In this document: positions 10,555 through 20,515 of the stretch, one piece after another
Numbering within the stretch: the first letter of the stretch is position 1
How the letters are laid out: the number at the start of each line of letters is the position of its first letter
Assembly: GCA_946641515.1 (NCBI GenBank)
Contig: CAMPBT010000003.1
Location: forward strand, 140,120 to 204,119
DNA: 64,000 nt
Source: an uncultured Bacillales bacterium
GTDB lineage: Bacteria > Bacillota_I > Bacilli_A > RFN20 > CAG-449
Reading direction: 5' to 3'
The notes under the pieces: generated by a model
What the model was told of the DNA's origin: nothing
Databases searched by the model: none
Seen by the model: only the letters and a program-made list of their open reading frames with translations
Made by a program: the position numbers and the translations under genes

Positions 10555-11895
10555 TTATAATAATTCTTTTGAAATTAATTCTGCTCTTAAAGTATCAGCA
10601 GTTGCAAAATCTTTTGCTTTTCTTGCGGATTCATAATCGCTTAATAATTTCTTATCTTCATCAGATAAAATAGGTAAAGAGTATTCAAGACCAAGTACCC
10701 ATAATTCATCTTTTAATGTATAGAAAATCTTTTCAAGTTCTTCTTTAGTAGCATCTAATTTTCTTAAAGCGACATTACCTTGTTTTAATTCTGCATATAA
10801 TTCAGTTAAAGCATTTGGAGTATTTAAATCATCTGCCATAGCTTCTAAGAATTTTTCACTATCTAAAGAGCCTTCATATTTAGAATTGATATCAACTCCT
10901 AATGTTTGAAGTTTAATAGCAAGTTTTCTATATGTTTGTTCAATCTTTTTAACTTCTTTATCTGCACTTACTAATAATTCATCCGAGAAGTTAACAGGTG
11001 CACGGTAATAAGAGTTAATTAAAACAAATCTAACTGCATTACCTCCATAAGCTTTTAATAATTCTTTAGCAAGTTTAACGTTACCTAAAGATTTAGACAT
11101 CTTAACATCATCAATGTTAATAAAGCCATTATGCATCCAGTAATTTGCAATTTTATTCTTATGTGTTGCTTCTTGTTGAGCAATTTCATTTTCATGATGT
11201 GGGAATTTTAAGTCAAATCCTCCTCCGTGAATATCAATCATTCCACCGAAGATTTTATTGATCATAACCACACATTCTGTGTGCCAACCAGGTCTACCCA
11301 TTGACCAAGGTGTATCAAATTGAATACCAACATTAGTTTTTTTCCACAATGCGAAATCTAATGGAGATTCTTTCTTTGAATTTTCTTCAATTCTAGCACC
11401 TGCAATTAAATCATCAGGTTTCATATTAGATAAGCAGCCGTAATCAGTAATTTTGCTTACTCTAAAGAAAACGTCGCCATCAGCTTCATATGCATAACCT
11501 GTCTTAACTAAATTATCAATGAAAGAAATAATGTCTGGCATTGTTTCAGTTACTCTAGGTTGATAGTCAGGTTTTAATGAATGGATAGTTTCTCTATCTT
11601 CTTCAAATGCATTGATATATTTTTCTGCAACTTGTTTTTCATTTAAGCCTTCTTTAATAGCTTGATTAATGACTTTATCATCAATATCTGTAAAGTTTGA
11701 TACGAAAGTTACTTTATAACCTAAACGAATAAATAATCTTCTGAGTAAATCAAAAGTAACTACTGGTCTCATATTACCAATATGTACGAAGTTATAAACT
11801 GTAGGGCCACAGACATAACAGCTTACTTGTCCTTCTACGATTGGTTTAAATACTTCTTTTTGGTTGTGTAAACTGTTATATAGTTTGATTTCCAT
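10555..11895 (-). CDS. cysS: Cysteine--tRNA ligase
   Basis: YVCGPTVY, HIGN, GRPGWHTEC, FPHHENE, KMSKS. Confidence 0.98.
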   Translation of the reverse strand: MEIKLYNSLHNQKEVFKPIVEGQVSCYVCGPTVYNFVHIGNMRPVVTFDLLRRLFIRLGYKVTFVSNFTDIDDKVINQAIKEGLNEKQVAEKYINAFEEDRETIHSLKPDYQPRVTETMPDIISFIDNLVKTGYAYEADGDVFFRVSKITDYGCLSNMKPDDLIAGARIEENSKKESPLDFALWKKTNVGIQFDTPWSMGRPGWHTECVVMINKIFGGMIDIHGGGFDLKFPHHENEIAQQEATHKNKIANYWMHNGFINIDDVKMSKSLGNVKLAKELLKAYGGNAVRFVLINSYYRAPVNFSDELLVSADKEVKKIEQTYRKLAIKLQTLGVDINSKYEGSLDSEKFLEAMADDLNTPNALTELYAELKQGNVALRKLDATKEELEKIFYTLKDELWVLGLEYSLPILSDEDKKLLSDYESARKAKDFATADTLRAELISKELL

Positions 11896-11942
11896 AGTTT
11901 TTCCTCCTTGTTTAAATCGAAAATATTATAGCACAATTAAAA

Positions 11943-12608
11943 CTAGTTTCTATTGTTTTTAACAATAGTCAAAATTTCCTCTGCTGAAGACGCAAAGAAT
12001 TCTGGTTGATATTTTTCTAAAGTTTCTTTTGGTCTAAAGCCATAAGTGATTGCAACTTTCTTTATTCCAGCGTTACCCGCCACCATCATATCAACATCAG
12101 AATCTCCTAAATAAAGGACGTCTTCTTTAGCAATACCAAATTCATTAATAAGATTATTTAATGAAGTTGGATCAGGCTTTAATGGTACGTCAACTCTTTG
12201 GCCTACTACTTCATCAAAAAGATTTTCTCCAAACATTTTGTAAGTAATAGCCTTAGTATTCTTTTCCACTTTATTAGACAATACCGCTATCTTAATACCC
12301 ATATTCTTAATTTCATTAAGAACTTCAGCAATATGAGGATAAGGCTTAGTATTATTAAACTGATTTAAAGCATATCTTTCAGAAAAAGTTTTAAAAACTC
12401 TTTCTTCATCTTCTAAAGTATGAGTAAAAGGTTTTAAAGCACGAGTTACAAGAACTCTAGTTCCTGAGCCTACTAAATATTTAGCCTCTTCATAAGTATA
12501 AACTCTATCATAACCATTAATTTTTAAAGCTTCATTGATAGAATCTTGTAAATCGTGAAGAGTTTCACATAAAGTTCCATCAAAATCAAAAATCATTAAT
12601 TTAATCAT
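11943..12608 (-). CDS. HAD family hydrolase (phosphoglycolate phosphatase-like)
   Basis: FDFDGTL, LSNK, KPDP, YLGDSDVD. Confidence 0.9.
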   Translation of the reverse strand: MIKLMIFDFDGTLCETLHDLQDSINEALKINGYDRVYTYEEAKYLVGSGTRVLVTRALKPFTHTLEDEERVFKTFSERYALNQFNNTKPYPHIAEVLNEIKNMGIKIAVLSNKVEKNTKAITYKMFGENLFDEVVGQRVDVPLKPDPTSLNNLINEFGIAKEDVLYLGDSDVDMMVAGNAGIKKVAITYGFRPKETLEKYQPEFFASSAEEILTIVKNNRN

Positions 12609-13515
12609 TTTTAAAATTCACCTTCAAATCTTTATTTAAAGAAATAATTTTATTCATATCTTGAGGTAAAGGACAATTTAAAGAAATAAATTCATTAGTA
12701 ATAGGATGTCTAAATTCAACGTGATAAGAATGAAGTCCTACTCTATTTAAGATATCTTTATTACCTCCATATAAAGTATCACCAAGTAAAGGGTGATTAA
12801 TACTTGCCATATGAACTCTAATTTGATGAGTTCTACCTGTTAATAAATGTAGATAAACCAAAGATACTAAACCTTTAGATTCAAGGACTTTATATTTAGT
12901 AATTGCAGGTTTAGAATTATCCCCGTTTCCTACTCTAAATTTATTATTAACATGACGATCTTTTGCAATATTTTTATTAATTGTACCTAGAGACGTATTA
13001 CTTTTAAAACGATTAGAAACAAGTGCTAAATAATCGCGAGTTAAAGTGTGATTTTCAATTAGTTCATTAAGTTTAGCCAATGTTAAAAAATCTTTAGCAA
13101 AGATTAGTATGCCACTCGTTTCTTCATCTAATCTATGAGCGTATCTAACGTTTCTATTAATGTTATGGTCTAAATAATATCTTGCCACTCTAGAACACAT
13201 AGTTTCTTTATCATTACCATCGCTATGAACAATAAGGCCTACTGGTTTATTAACAATTAATAAATAATCATCTTCATAAACTACATCGATAGTTTCTTTA
13301 GATGGTTTAACATCAACGTTTTCATTAACGACAATCTCTAATTTATCTTTAGTTTTCATAACAGTTTCCAAAGAAACTTGTTCACCATTAAGATAACAAG
13401 ATTTATTAACTCTAAGTTCTTCAATTTTACCTCTACCCACATTATATTCTTTTAAGAATTCTTTAATAGTAAAGGTATCAAATTGTTTTTGAATCTCAAT
13501 TACAATCTTATCCAT
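12601..13515 (-). CDS. RluA family pseudouridine synthase (start likely ATG 13515)
   Basis: VNKPVGLIVH, HRLDEETSG (catalytic Asp), LLTGRTHQIRVH. Confidence 0.93.
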   Translation of the reverse strand: MDKIVIEIQKQFDTFTIKEFLKEYNVGRGKIEELRVNKSCYLNGEQVSLETVMKTKDKLEIVVNENVDVKPSKETIDVVYEDDYLLIVNKPVGLIVHSDGNDKETMCSRVARYYLDHNINRNVRYAHRLDEETSGILIFAKDFLTLAKLNELIENHTLTRDYLALVSNRFKSNTSLGTINKNIAKDRHVNNKFRVGNGDNSKPAITKYKVLESKGLVSLVYLHLLTGRTHQIRVHMASINHPLLGDTLYGGNKDILNRVGLHSYHVEFRHPITNEFISLNCPLPQDMNKIISLNKDLKVNFKND

Positions 13516-13517
13516 AG

Positions 13518-14162
13518 TTATCTCCAATCTATTTCTTCTAAGCCTTTACTTCTTAAATAAGCATTTGCTTTAGAAAAAGGTTTAGAACCAAAGAACCCTC
13601 TATAAGCAGATAAAGGAGAAGGATGAGCACTCTCTAAAACTAAATGATTACTATTAGTAATTAATTGTTTTTTACTAATCGCGTTTTTTCCCCATAAGAT
13701 AAAAACTTTAGGATTATCATCTTTATTTAATTCTTTAATAACTTCGTCAGTAAAGATTTCCCATCCTTTAGAAGAATGAGAATTAGCTTTACCTTCTTCA
13801 ACAGTTAAACAAGTATTAAGAAGGAATACACCTTGCTTTGCCCAATCTTCCAAAGAAGAAGATAAACGAGTAATTCCTAAATCGTCATATAATTCTTTAT
13901 AAATATTTCCTAAAGATTTAGGTAAAGGATTACCTTCATTAACAGAAAACGCTAAGCCATTAGCCTGATTAACCTCATGATAAGGATCTTGTCCAAGAAT
14001 TACCACTTTAATACCATCAATATCTTTATATTTAAAAGCAGAAAAAATTTGTTCATAAGGAGGATAGCAAGTATGAGATGCATATTCTTCATCAACAAAT
14101 TTCATTAAGTTTATAAAATATGGTTTTTGTTTTTCTTGATTAATTAATTCTTCAAATGTCAT
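13518..14162 (-). CDS. ung: Uracil-DNA glycosylase (start likely ATG 14162)
   Basis: GQDPYH, GLAFSV, LLNTCLTV, AHPSPLS. Confidence 0.97.
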   Translation of the reverse strand: MTFEELINQEKQKPYFINLMKFVDEEYASHTCYPPYEQIFSAFKYKDIDGIKVVILGQDPYHEVNQANGLAFSVNEGNPLPKSLGNIYKELYDDLGITRLSSSLEDWAKQGVFLLNTCLTVEEGKANSHSSKGWEIFTDEVIKELNKDDNPKVFILWGKNAISKKQLITNSNHLVLESAHPSPLSAYRGFFGSKPFSKANAYLRSKGLEEIDWR

Positions 14163-14245
14163 AAAATTCACCACTTAAATATTAACCTAATATATAAGAA
14201 GTTTCTACAAAAAGAAAATCCACTATTTCTAGTGGATTAACTTAC

Positions 14246-15559
14246 TTATTTATTTTTTTCTTCTTTTGCAGCCATTTCTTCTTCAACAATTTGCTTTTTG
14301 TATTTACCTAAATCCATGCAGAGGTTAACGCAAGAAGCAATTACAAGTCCGCCAACTACAGCAATAGCAATACCTACATAAGATTTAACTCCGCCATTTT
14401 CTTTAATAACTGAGTTAGTTTCAAAGTTGACGTCTTGTCTCTTAGTATATAATTCTTTTTCAACCTTTGTTAAATCGTTTGTTAAAGTAATTAAAGAATT
14501 ATATTTATCTTCTAATTTATCTTCAAAAGCCTTAGAGTCGGTATTACCATTAGCAATTTGAGCTTCACAGACAGATTTTTCATATTGAAGTTCACCTTTT
14601 TTTGTTAATAAAGGAGCAAGTTCACTATTTAAAGTTTCAATAGGAGCAGTTAAATTGTCTTTATTATCTTTATTATATTTAGCAATTTGATCATCAATTT
14701 CCTTTTGTAAAAGTTTAATACTACAATCTAATTTTGCAATTTCTTGGTCTATAGCATTGATTTTAATATCAATAATTGATTTATATTTATCATATTGATA
14801 AACATATGAGTTCTTTTCAAGTTCACCATTTAAATCTGAAATATTTAATTCTGAAATTTGTGAAGAAACATAGTTTTTAACTTGAATTAATGATAAAGAA
14901 TCGCCAAGTGAAGAAATAGTAACAGAAGAAATAGTAGGATCTAAATATTTTTCAACTAAAGAAGTATATTGAGAATTAATATAACCAGCTTGATCAATTA
15001 ATTTAGAAATCATTTCACTATAAGTAGTAGATGTTTCTTTATAGTTTTTAGCGTATTTATTTAAATCTAACACATTAAGAATATCATTAGTTTCTCTAAC
15101 TGGAGTTTCTGCAATTGCTCTAACAAATTCACGAGCAACATCTTTACTAGGGAAATATCTCTTTTTTACAGTAATAGTATATGGTAAAGCATTTAAGTCT
15201 TTAGCAGTATCATTTAATGTGATTGAAATAGCAGAATCCTCAATAATTGAATCAACATCAATGCCTGAAAAAGCTTCATTAGATGATTTAACGGCATTTA
15301 AATTTTTTTTATTAATTAAATCTCTAGTGTTAAATGATTCACCATTTAAATATGTAGAACCATCAAATCCATTGATATTATAAGCAAAAGATGAAGTATA
15401 GTCTGTTTTAAGAGTATTGTAGCCTAATAATAAACCTAAAGAGATTGTAATACATGAAGTAACTGCAACTAATGCGAATGTGATTTTTCTTTTCTTAGTT
15501 AAGCCAATTGAACATTTAAGAACTTGACCTAATGTTAAACCTGAGTTTTCTTCTTCCAT
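14246..15559 (-). CDS. Membrane protein with two terminal TM helices and a coiled-coil loop (Wzz/polysaccharide co-polymerase-like)
   Basis: TM near residues 27-46, long heptad-rich region, C-terminal TM GVKSYVGIAIAVVGGLVIASCVNL. Confidence 0.5.
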   Translation of the reverse strand: MEEENSGLTLGQVLKCSIGLTKKRKITFALVAVTSCITISLGLLLGYNTLKTDYTSSFAYNINGFDGSTYLNGESFNTRDLINKKNLNAVKSSNEAFSGIDVDSIIEDSAISITLNDTAKDLNALPYTITVKKRYFPSKDVAREFVRAIAETPVRETNDILNVLDLNKYAKNYKETSTTYSEMISKLIDQAGYINSQYTSLVEKYLDPTISSVTISSLGDSLSLIQVKNYVSSQISELNISDLNGELEKNSYVYQYDKYKSIIDIKINAIDQEIAKLDCSIKLLQKEIDDQIAKYNKDNKDNLTAPIETLNSELAPLLTKKGELQYEKSVCEAQIANGNTDSKAFEDKLEDKYNSLITLTNDLTKVEKELYTKRQDVNFETNSVIKENGGVKSYVGIAIAVVGGLVIASCVNLCMDLGKYKKQIVEEEMAAKEEKNK

Positions 15560-15733
15560 AAGATTCCTTTCAAAATATTAATTATTAATATTTGTATGAC
15601 TAAGTCATACCATATACAATATTGATTTTACACTATTAAAATAATATTTTAAAGAGAATTAATTCTAATAATTTTCTATGCAAATTTGTCTAAAAAAATT
15701 CACGAGTAATTTAACTCATGAATTCTTTAATAA

Positions 15734-17026
15734 TTATGCAATATCTAAGTTTTTAATTTCTAAATACTTAGGTCCGTGGTAAGAAGGTAAAGTGACAGTT
15801 TCTTTTGAATAAACTGCAGAAGCTTTAACATCATTAAAATTGCCTGCAATAGAAAAGCCAGTAACTGGGATTTCTTTTTTACCATCAAAATAAAAGCCTA
15901 AACGAACTTCTCCACCGAATAATCCTGAATATGGATCTAGTTGCATATTAGAGAATTTAACACATCTAATATATGGAGTTTTCTTCATTTCATCAAATGA
16001 CTTAGAACCTTCTTTAACAACAATAACTGGGACTTCACCTGTAGGTTCATCTACACCTAGATAATAACCAAATCTATATGAACCATAATTTGCTTTAGCA
16101 ATACCTTCTTCAATTAAAGAAACTTCTTTTAAAACAACTCCGTCAAAATCAACTGCACTTGATTTGATTGCACCATCATAGATAGGAACTAATTTTAGAT
16201 TAAGTTTATCACCAGTAACATTTTCACCTTGAACTGATTCACCAAGGTTAGTTAAATTAAGTTTTTGGTATTTTGAGGAATAATTTAGGTCTCCTGCGAT
16301 GCTTCCAAAGACTTGGTAGACTTCCTCATCCTGAATAATAACATTGACGCCTGGAACGACCTTTTTAGCGTTTAACTTTTTAGCGCGTGATCTAGCTTTA
16401 GCAAGTTCTAAAGCAGTCTTAACTTGTTTAGTTAATTCTTTTCTGTTGAAAGTACCAAATCTAATCATTTCATATACTTCAACTTCTTCATCTTTCTTAT
16501 CCCATGAAGGAATAGTTTCAATATTGCCACTGAAAGTAGTAGAAGAAACTTTTACGCCTTTAGAATTTAAGATAGTTGTTGTTGTCTTATATAAGAAAAT
16601 TTCAGTCGCGGATAAATATCCATCTTTAAATTTATCAGCTTTAAAGACAGCTTTTTCTACTTCACCTACTAATTCATTAAATGGTTTCTTTCTTAAATTT
16701 GATTTAGATTTAACAGCTTTAACTTTGGATTTACCAGGAATATCGAAATATTTATTTAAAGTAAATGATGCTGCAAAAACTGTTTCATCAATTTTAGTTT
16801 TAATTTCTTCTTCACTCATAAATGGATAATAAGTAAATGAAGCATTACCTCTTAAGCCATCCTTATCAATGTATAAAGTGACATTATAATCAAAAGTATG
16901 CGTAGCGCGGTTAGTTTCAAGTTGCTTTAAGACATAGAAAAGTTCAGTCGATTCAGTTTCAACAATATTAACTTTCCAAGCAGAAATCTTTTTAGATTTC
17001 TTTAAAACTTTTAATAACTTTTCCAT
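15734..17026 (-). CDS. PmbA/TldE-like metallopeptidase partner (start at TAATG overlap, MEKLLKVLKK)
   Basis: TldD/PmbA-type C-terminus DFDGV...LIEEGI and PVTGFSIAGN, no HExxxH motif; translationally coupled to tldD. Confidence 0.8.
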   Translation of the reverse strand: MEKLLKVLKKSKKISAWKVNIVETESTELFYVLKQLETNRATHTFDYNVTLYIDKDGLRGNASFTYYPFMSEEEIKTKIDETVFAASFTLNKYFDIPGKSKVKAVKSKSNLRKKPFNELVGEVEKAVFKADKFKDGYLSATEIFLYKTTTTILNSKGVKVSSTTFSGNIETIPSWDKKDEEVEVYEMIRFGTFNRKELTKQVKTALELAKARSRAKKLNAKKVVPGVNVIIQDEEVYQVFGSIAGDLNYSSKYQKLNLTNLGESVQGENVTGDKLNLKLVPIYDGAIKSSAVDFDGVVLKEVSLIEEGIAKANYGSYRFGYYLGVDEPTGEVPVIVVKEGSKSFDEMKKTPYIRCVKFSNMQLDPYSGLFGGEVRLGFYFDGKKEIPVTGFSIAGNFNDVKASAVYSKETVTLPSYHGPKYLEIKNLDIA

Positions 17027-18429
17027 TAGCTTAATTTGCACCTCGCTTTCAAATATGGTCCTCCATCAGAAACGCAGACCCATTCCTTATGACCTTTTCC
17101 ACAGTGACCTGAACCAATAACTTCTAAATCAGAAGAAACCATAGAAATAGAATTTAATAAATCAGGGACGTATCCAGACATAACTACTGGAGAAACAATC
17201 TTTCCTGTGAATTTTCCATTCTTAATTTCCATACCGTATTCAGCAGTACACTGAATATTCCAGTTCTTAGGGTCTTCCATACCATTATTAGTTTCAAATA
17301 ACATGTAACCATGTTTAATTGATTTAATCATATCTTCAACCTTATCGTTACCAGAAGAGAAGAATGTATTAGTCATTCTAGTATAAGCTTTTCTCTTAGT
17401 AGATTCTCTTCTACCATTACCAGTAGGTTCTGTACCAAGTTGTAAAGCAGAAACAGCATCAGAAATACCAGTTTGTAAAATGCCATCTTTGATAATTAAG
17501 GTGTCGTGTGCTAAGACCCCATCATCATCAAAGAAATATGAACCTGCAGATAAAGTTGCAGAAGCACCATCATGCATATTAACTAAAGGAGAAGCAACTC
17601 TCTTATTAATATAGTGTCTAGATTTTGCTCTATGCTTAACAAACATATCCATTTCAACACCATGTCCAAAAGCTTCATGCGCAATTAAGCCAGTAATTGA
17701 AGGATGAGTAATAATATCATATGTACCAGGAGTAATATGAGTTGAAGATAATAATTTAATTGCAAGTTCTGCAACTTCATCACAAGTATCTTCAATTAAT
17801 TTAAATGACTTTTCGTAAGAATTATATGCTCCTACTTTTCTCGCCATTTTAACATTTCCACCGTCTCTAGCCACCGCTAAAGAAATAACATTCATCCAAG
17901 TATAAGTCTGAGTTAAATCTCTATTTCTAGAAATAAACATCGCGGATGTTTCATATACTGTATATGCTGCCATAGCTTGAATGATTTTATCTGAATAGCC
18001 TTTAAGTTTATCTTTAATACCATTTAATCTAGCCATTAAAACATCTAAAGATGGTTCTTCATCTTCAGTAGGTCTAACAAAGTCCTTAACTAAAGGTTCG
18101 TCAGGCATAACCTTTACATCTACATGATTATTAAGGACATCATTTGATAATGATGTTTTTTCAATGATATCTTTTTCAAGTTCATCGATAGTTGAAGACG
18201 AAATATCTGAGAAAGAATATTCTGAATATGTCTTACCATTATAGATTTTAACAACGAAACCGCATTGTTTTTCGTTAGTATCACCAATAGAAGTAGTTAC
18301 AGTATTAACTCTAATAGTTTTACCAGTAACGTGCTTACCAAGTAATGATACGTATTCATATCTATTTAGTAATCTATTAACTAATTCTTTACAAACATCA
18401 TGTCTATCACATAAATATTTTGAATACAT
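17026..18429 (-). CDS. tldD: TldD family metallopeptidase
   Basis: LIAHEAFGHG, YTRMTNTF, GHCGKG...VSDGGP. Confidence 0.92.
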   Translation of the reverse strand: MYSKYLCDRHDVCKELVNRLLNRYEYVSLLGKHVTGKTIRVNTVTTSIGDTNEKQCGFVVKIYNGKTYSEYSFSDISSSTIDELEKDIIEKTSLSNDVLNNHVDVKVMPDEPLVKDFVRPTEDEEPSLDVLMARLNGIKDKLKGYSDKIIQAMAAYTVYETSAMFISRNRDLTQTYTWMNVISLAVARDGGNVKMARKVGAYNSYEKSFKLIEDTCDEVAELAIKLLSSTHITPGTYDIITHPSITGLIAHEAFGHGVEMDMFVKHRAKSRHYINKRVASPLVNMHDGASATLSAGSYFFDDDGVLAHDTLIIKDGILQTGISDAVSALQLGTEPTGNGRRESTKRKAYTRMTNTFFSSGNDKVEDMIKSIKHGYMLFETNNGMEDPKNWNIQCTAEYGMEIKNGKFTGKIVSPVVMSGYVPDLLNSISMVSSDLEVIGSGHCGKGHKEWVCVSDGGPYLKARCKLS

Positions 18430-18466
18430 AAGTATCCTCCTTTCTTTAATAATTTATCTACAATTA

Positions 18467-19771
18467 TTATGCTGTAGTAGATTTCCAGCTATCAGGCATT
18501 GTTCTTACAAACATTTCTTTGTCGTCAATAGTAATTTTTAATTTCATCCAATCACTATCTTTTAATTTAGTAGTATTATTTGAACAAGCTAATCCTATAG
18601 AAATTTTATTAGATGTAGTATCTTTTCCACAAGATACAACAACATTACCATTCATATCTTTTCTACCTGTTGTATGAATGTATTGTCCACCAATTGCAAC
18701 ACCAGTTTTATCACTAGAAGTTTTACCATTTTTATCTGTTTTACTATTAGCAGTACAAATTTCATATGATTCATAAATAGAAGTGACATATACTTCATCA
18801 GTCCATTTAGAAATACGATCAATAAATTGTTGGGTTGGGAATTGATTTTCCGTTGCCCCAGTATATTCATCAGTACCACAGCAGCAAGAAACCACACACA
18901 TCTTAGGTTTAATAATATTTAATAAGCAGTCATTAGAAGATGTTTTAGAACCATGATGTCCTGCTTTAAATAAATCAACTTCAGGTAAGGTTTTTTCTTT
19001 AGTAGAACCATCATAATATGCTGATAATTTTTCTTCACCTTCTTTTTCAAGGTCACCTGTTAATAAGAAATATTTATTTCCTTCACTAGAAGCATATGTG
19101 AATAAAGTACAAACTGAATAATTGTTTTCATCACTAGAAGTGTTCCAGTAATAATAATTATAAACAATATCCATAGTTACTTTATCAGATAAAACATATG
19201 ATTTAGATGCACCTTCAACGTTATCAAAACATTGATCTGCATAAAACATTTTTGCACCGTTAGTACTTACTTGATTTTCAAATGCTGTTACCATTCTTTT
19301 ATAAGTAGCAGAATCTTTATTTGAATTTCTATTTTTAATAATAACACCTGCTGAATAATGTTCTAGGATTTTAGGGAAGGCATCAATATGGTCTTGGTCA
19401 CCATGAGTTGCAATAACATATTCAAGTTTTCCATCTTTTACATAATTATCCATGTAACTAATAGTAGTACTTGCAGAGCTTGAAAGAGAACCTGCATCAA
19501 TTAAAATATCGTTATCACCAGCTTTAATATAAACAGAGTCTCCAGCATATTCATTACCTAAAGTCATAAAATGAATTTGGAAATCATCATATACAACTCC
19601 TTCAATCTTTTCACTTTTATGAGAATGATTTGTATTATCTTCACTTGGTTTAATATCAAATAAGCCATTTGCTTGAGCGTATGCTCCCCCTGCTCCAATA
19701 GCGCATCCAACAATAAGTGATAATAAACTTAAGCCAAAAGTTAAGCCTACAGAAAATTTCTTTTTCGCCAT
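18467..19771 (-). CDS. Membrane-anchored ComEC/Rec2-like metallo-beta-lactamase fold hydrolase (probable nuclease)
   Basis: N-terminal TM/signal; GDSVYIK...LIDAG, THGDQDH, LLTGDLE, KAGHHGSKTSS. Confidence 0.8.
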   Translation of the reverse strand: MAKKKFSVGLTFGLSLLSLIVGCAIGAGGAYAQANGLFDIKPSEDNTNHSHKSEKIEGVVYDDFQIHFMTLGNEYAGDSVYIKAGDNDILIDAGSLSSSASTTISYMDNYVKDGKLEYVIATHGDQDHIDAFPKILEHYSAGVIIKNRNSNKDSATYKRMVTAFENQVSTNGAKMFYADQCFDNVEGASKSYVLSDKVTMDIVYNYYYWNTSSDENNYSVCTLFTYASSEGNKYFLLTGDLEKEGEEKLSAYYDGSTKEKTLPEVDLFKAGHHGSKTSSNDCLLNIIKPKMCVVSCCCGTDEYTGATENQFPTQQFIDRISKWTDEVYVTSIYESYEICTANSKTDKNGKTSSDKTGVAIGGQYIHTTGRKDMNGNVVVSCGKDTTSNKISIGLACSNNTTKLKDSDWMKLKITIDDKEMFVRTMPDSWKSTTA

Positions 19772-19772
19772 A

Positions 19773-20060
19773 TTAGAAAGTACCTCCTAATACTAATAAT
19801 GTTTTAAAGATAAATTTTGAAGCAATGAAATATCCGGTAGCAATACCAATAATTAAGAATAAAAGCATTAAAAATAATGTCACTGGATGAATCTTCTTAC
19901 TAACTTTATCTGTAGCACTTACTACTTTTCTAGAAGTAGATTTACTCATTCCAGTTGCGTCACTTAATTTATTTGTAGCCTCTTTTTTAGCAGTAGATTT
20001 TGCTTTGCTTTTTGCCTTAGTAGCAGTTTTGTTAGTTGTTGATTTTTTTGTTGTAGCCAT
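19773..20060 (-). CDS. Small membrane protein with Lys/Thr/Ala-rich N-terminus
   Basis: 95 aa, RBS present, single C-terminal TM, 1-bp gap to the MBL gene. Confidence 0.7.
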   Translation of the reverse strand: MATTKKSTTNKTATKAKSKAKSTAKKEATNKLSDATGMSKSTSRKVVSATDKVSKKIHPVTLFLMLLFLIIGIATGYFIASKFIFKTLLVLGGTF

Positions 20061-20068
20061 GTTATCTC

Positions 20069-20515
20069 CTAAAATAAGATAGAAACTAAATCTGCAATAG
20101 CTTCTAATGTCTTCGCATCTTCTTCATTAAAATTGTCATAATCATCCGAATCTAAATCAATTACTCCATAACATTCATTATTCTTAATGATAGGAATTAC
20201 AATTTCACTTCTAGATGTAGAAGAACATGCAATATGTCCTTTAAATTTATTAACATCAGGAACAAGCTGAGTAACCTTAGTATATGCAGCTTTACCGCAT
20301 ACTCCCTTATTAAAAGGAATTAAAGTACATGCCACAGATCCTTGGAAAGGACCTAAGAATAATTCATCATGCATTTCATTTGATAAATAAAACCCTGCCC
20401 AAGAAGTTCCTTTGATATTATCTTTAATAAGTGATGAGAGATTGCTTAAATTTGACACTAAAGGGAGCTTCTCATCAATTAATCCCTTTGCCATAGTAAT
20501 TAATTCATTATTCAT
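20069..20515 (-). CDS. msrC: GAF-domain free methionine-R-sulfoxide reductase (start likely ATG 20515)
   Basis: LGPFQGSVAC, KGVCGKAA, GHIACSSTSRSEIVIP: all three Cys of fRMsr are present. Confidence 0.85.
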   Translation of the reverse strand: MNNELITMAKGLIDEKLPLVSNLSNLSSLIKDNIKGTSWAGFYLSNEMHDELFLGPFQGSVACTLIPFNKGVCGKAAYTKVTQLVPDVNKFKGHIACSSTSRSEIVIPIIKNNECYGVIDLDSDDYDNFNEEDAKTLEAIADLVSILF

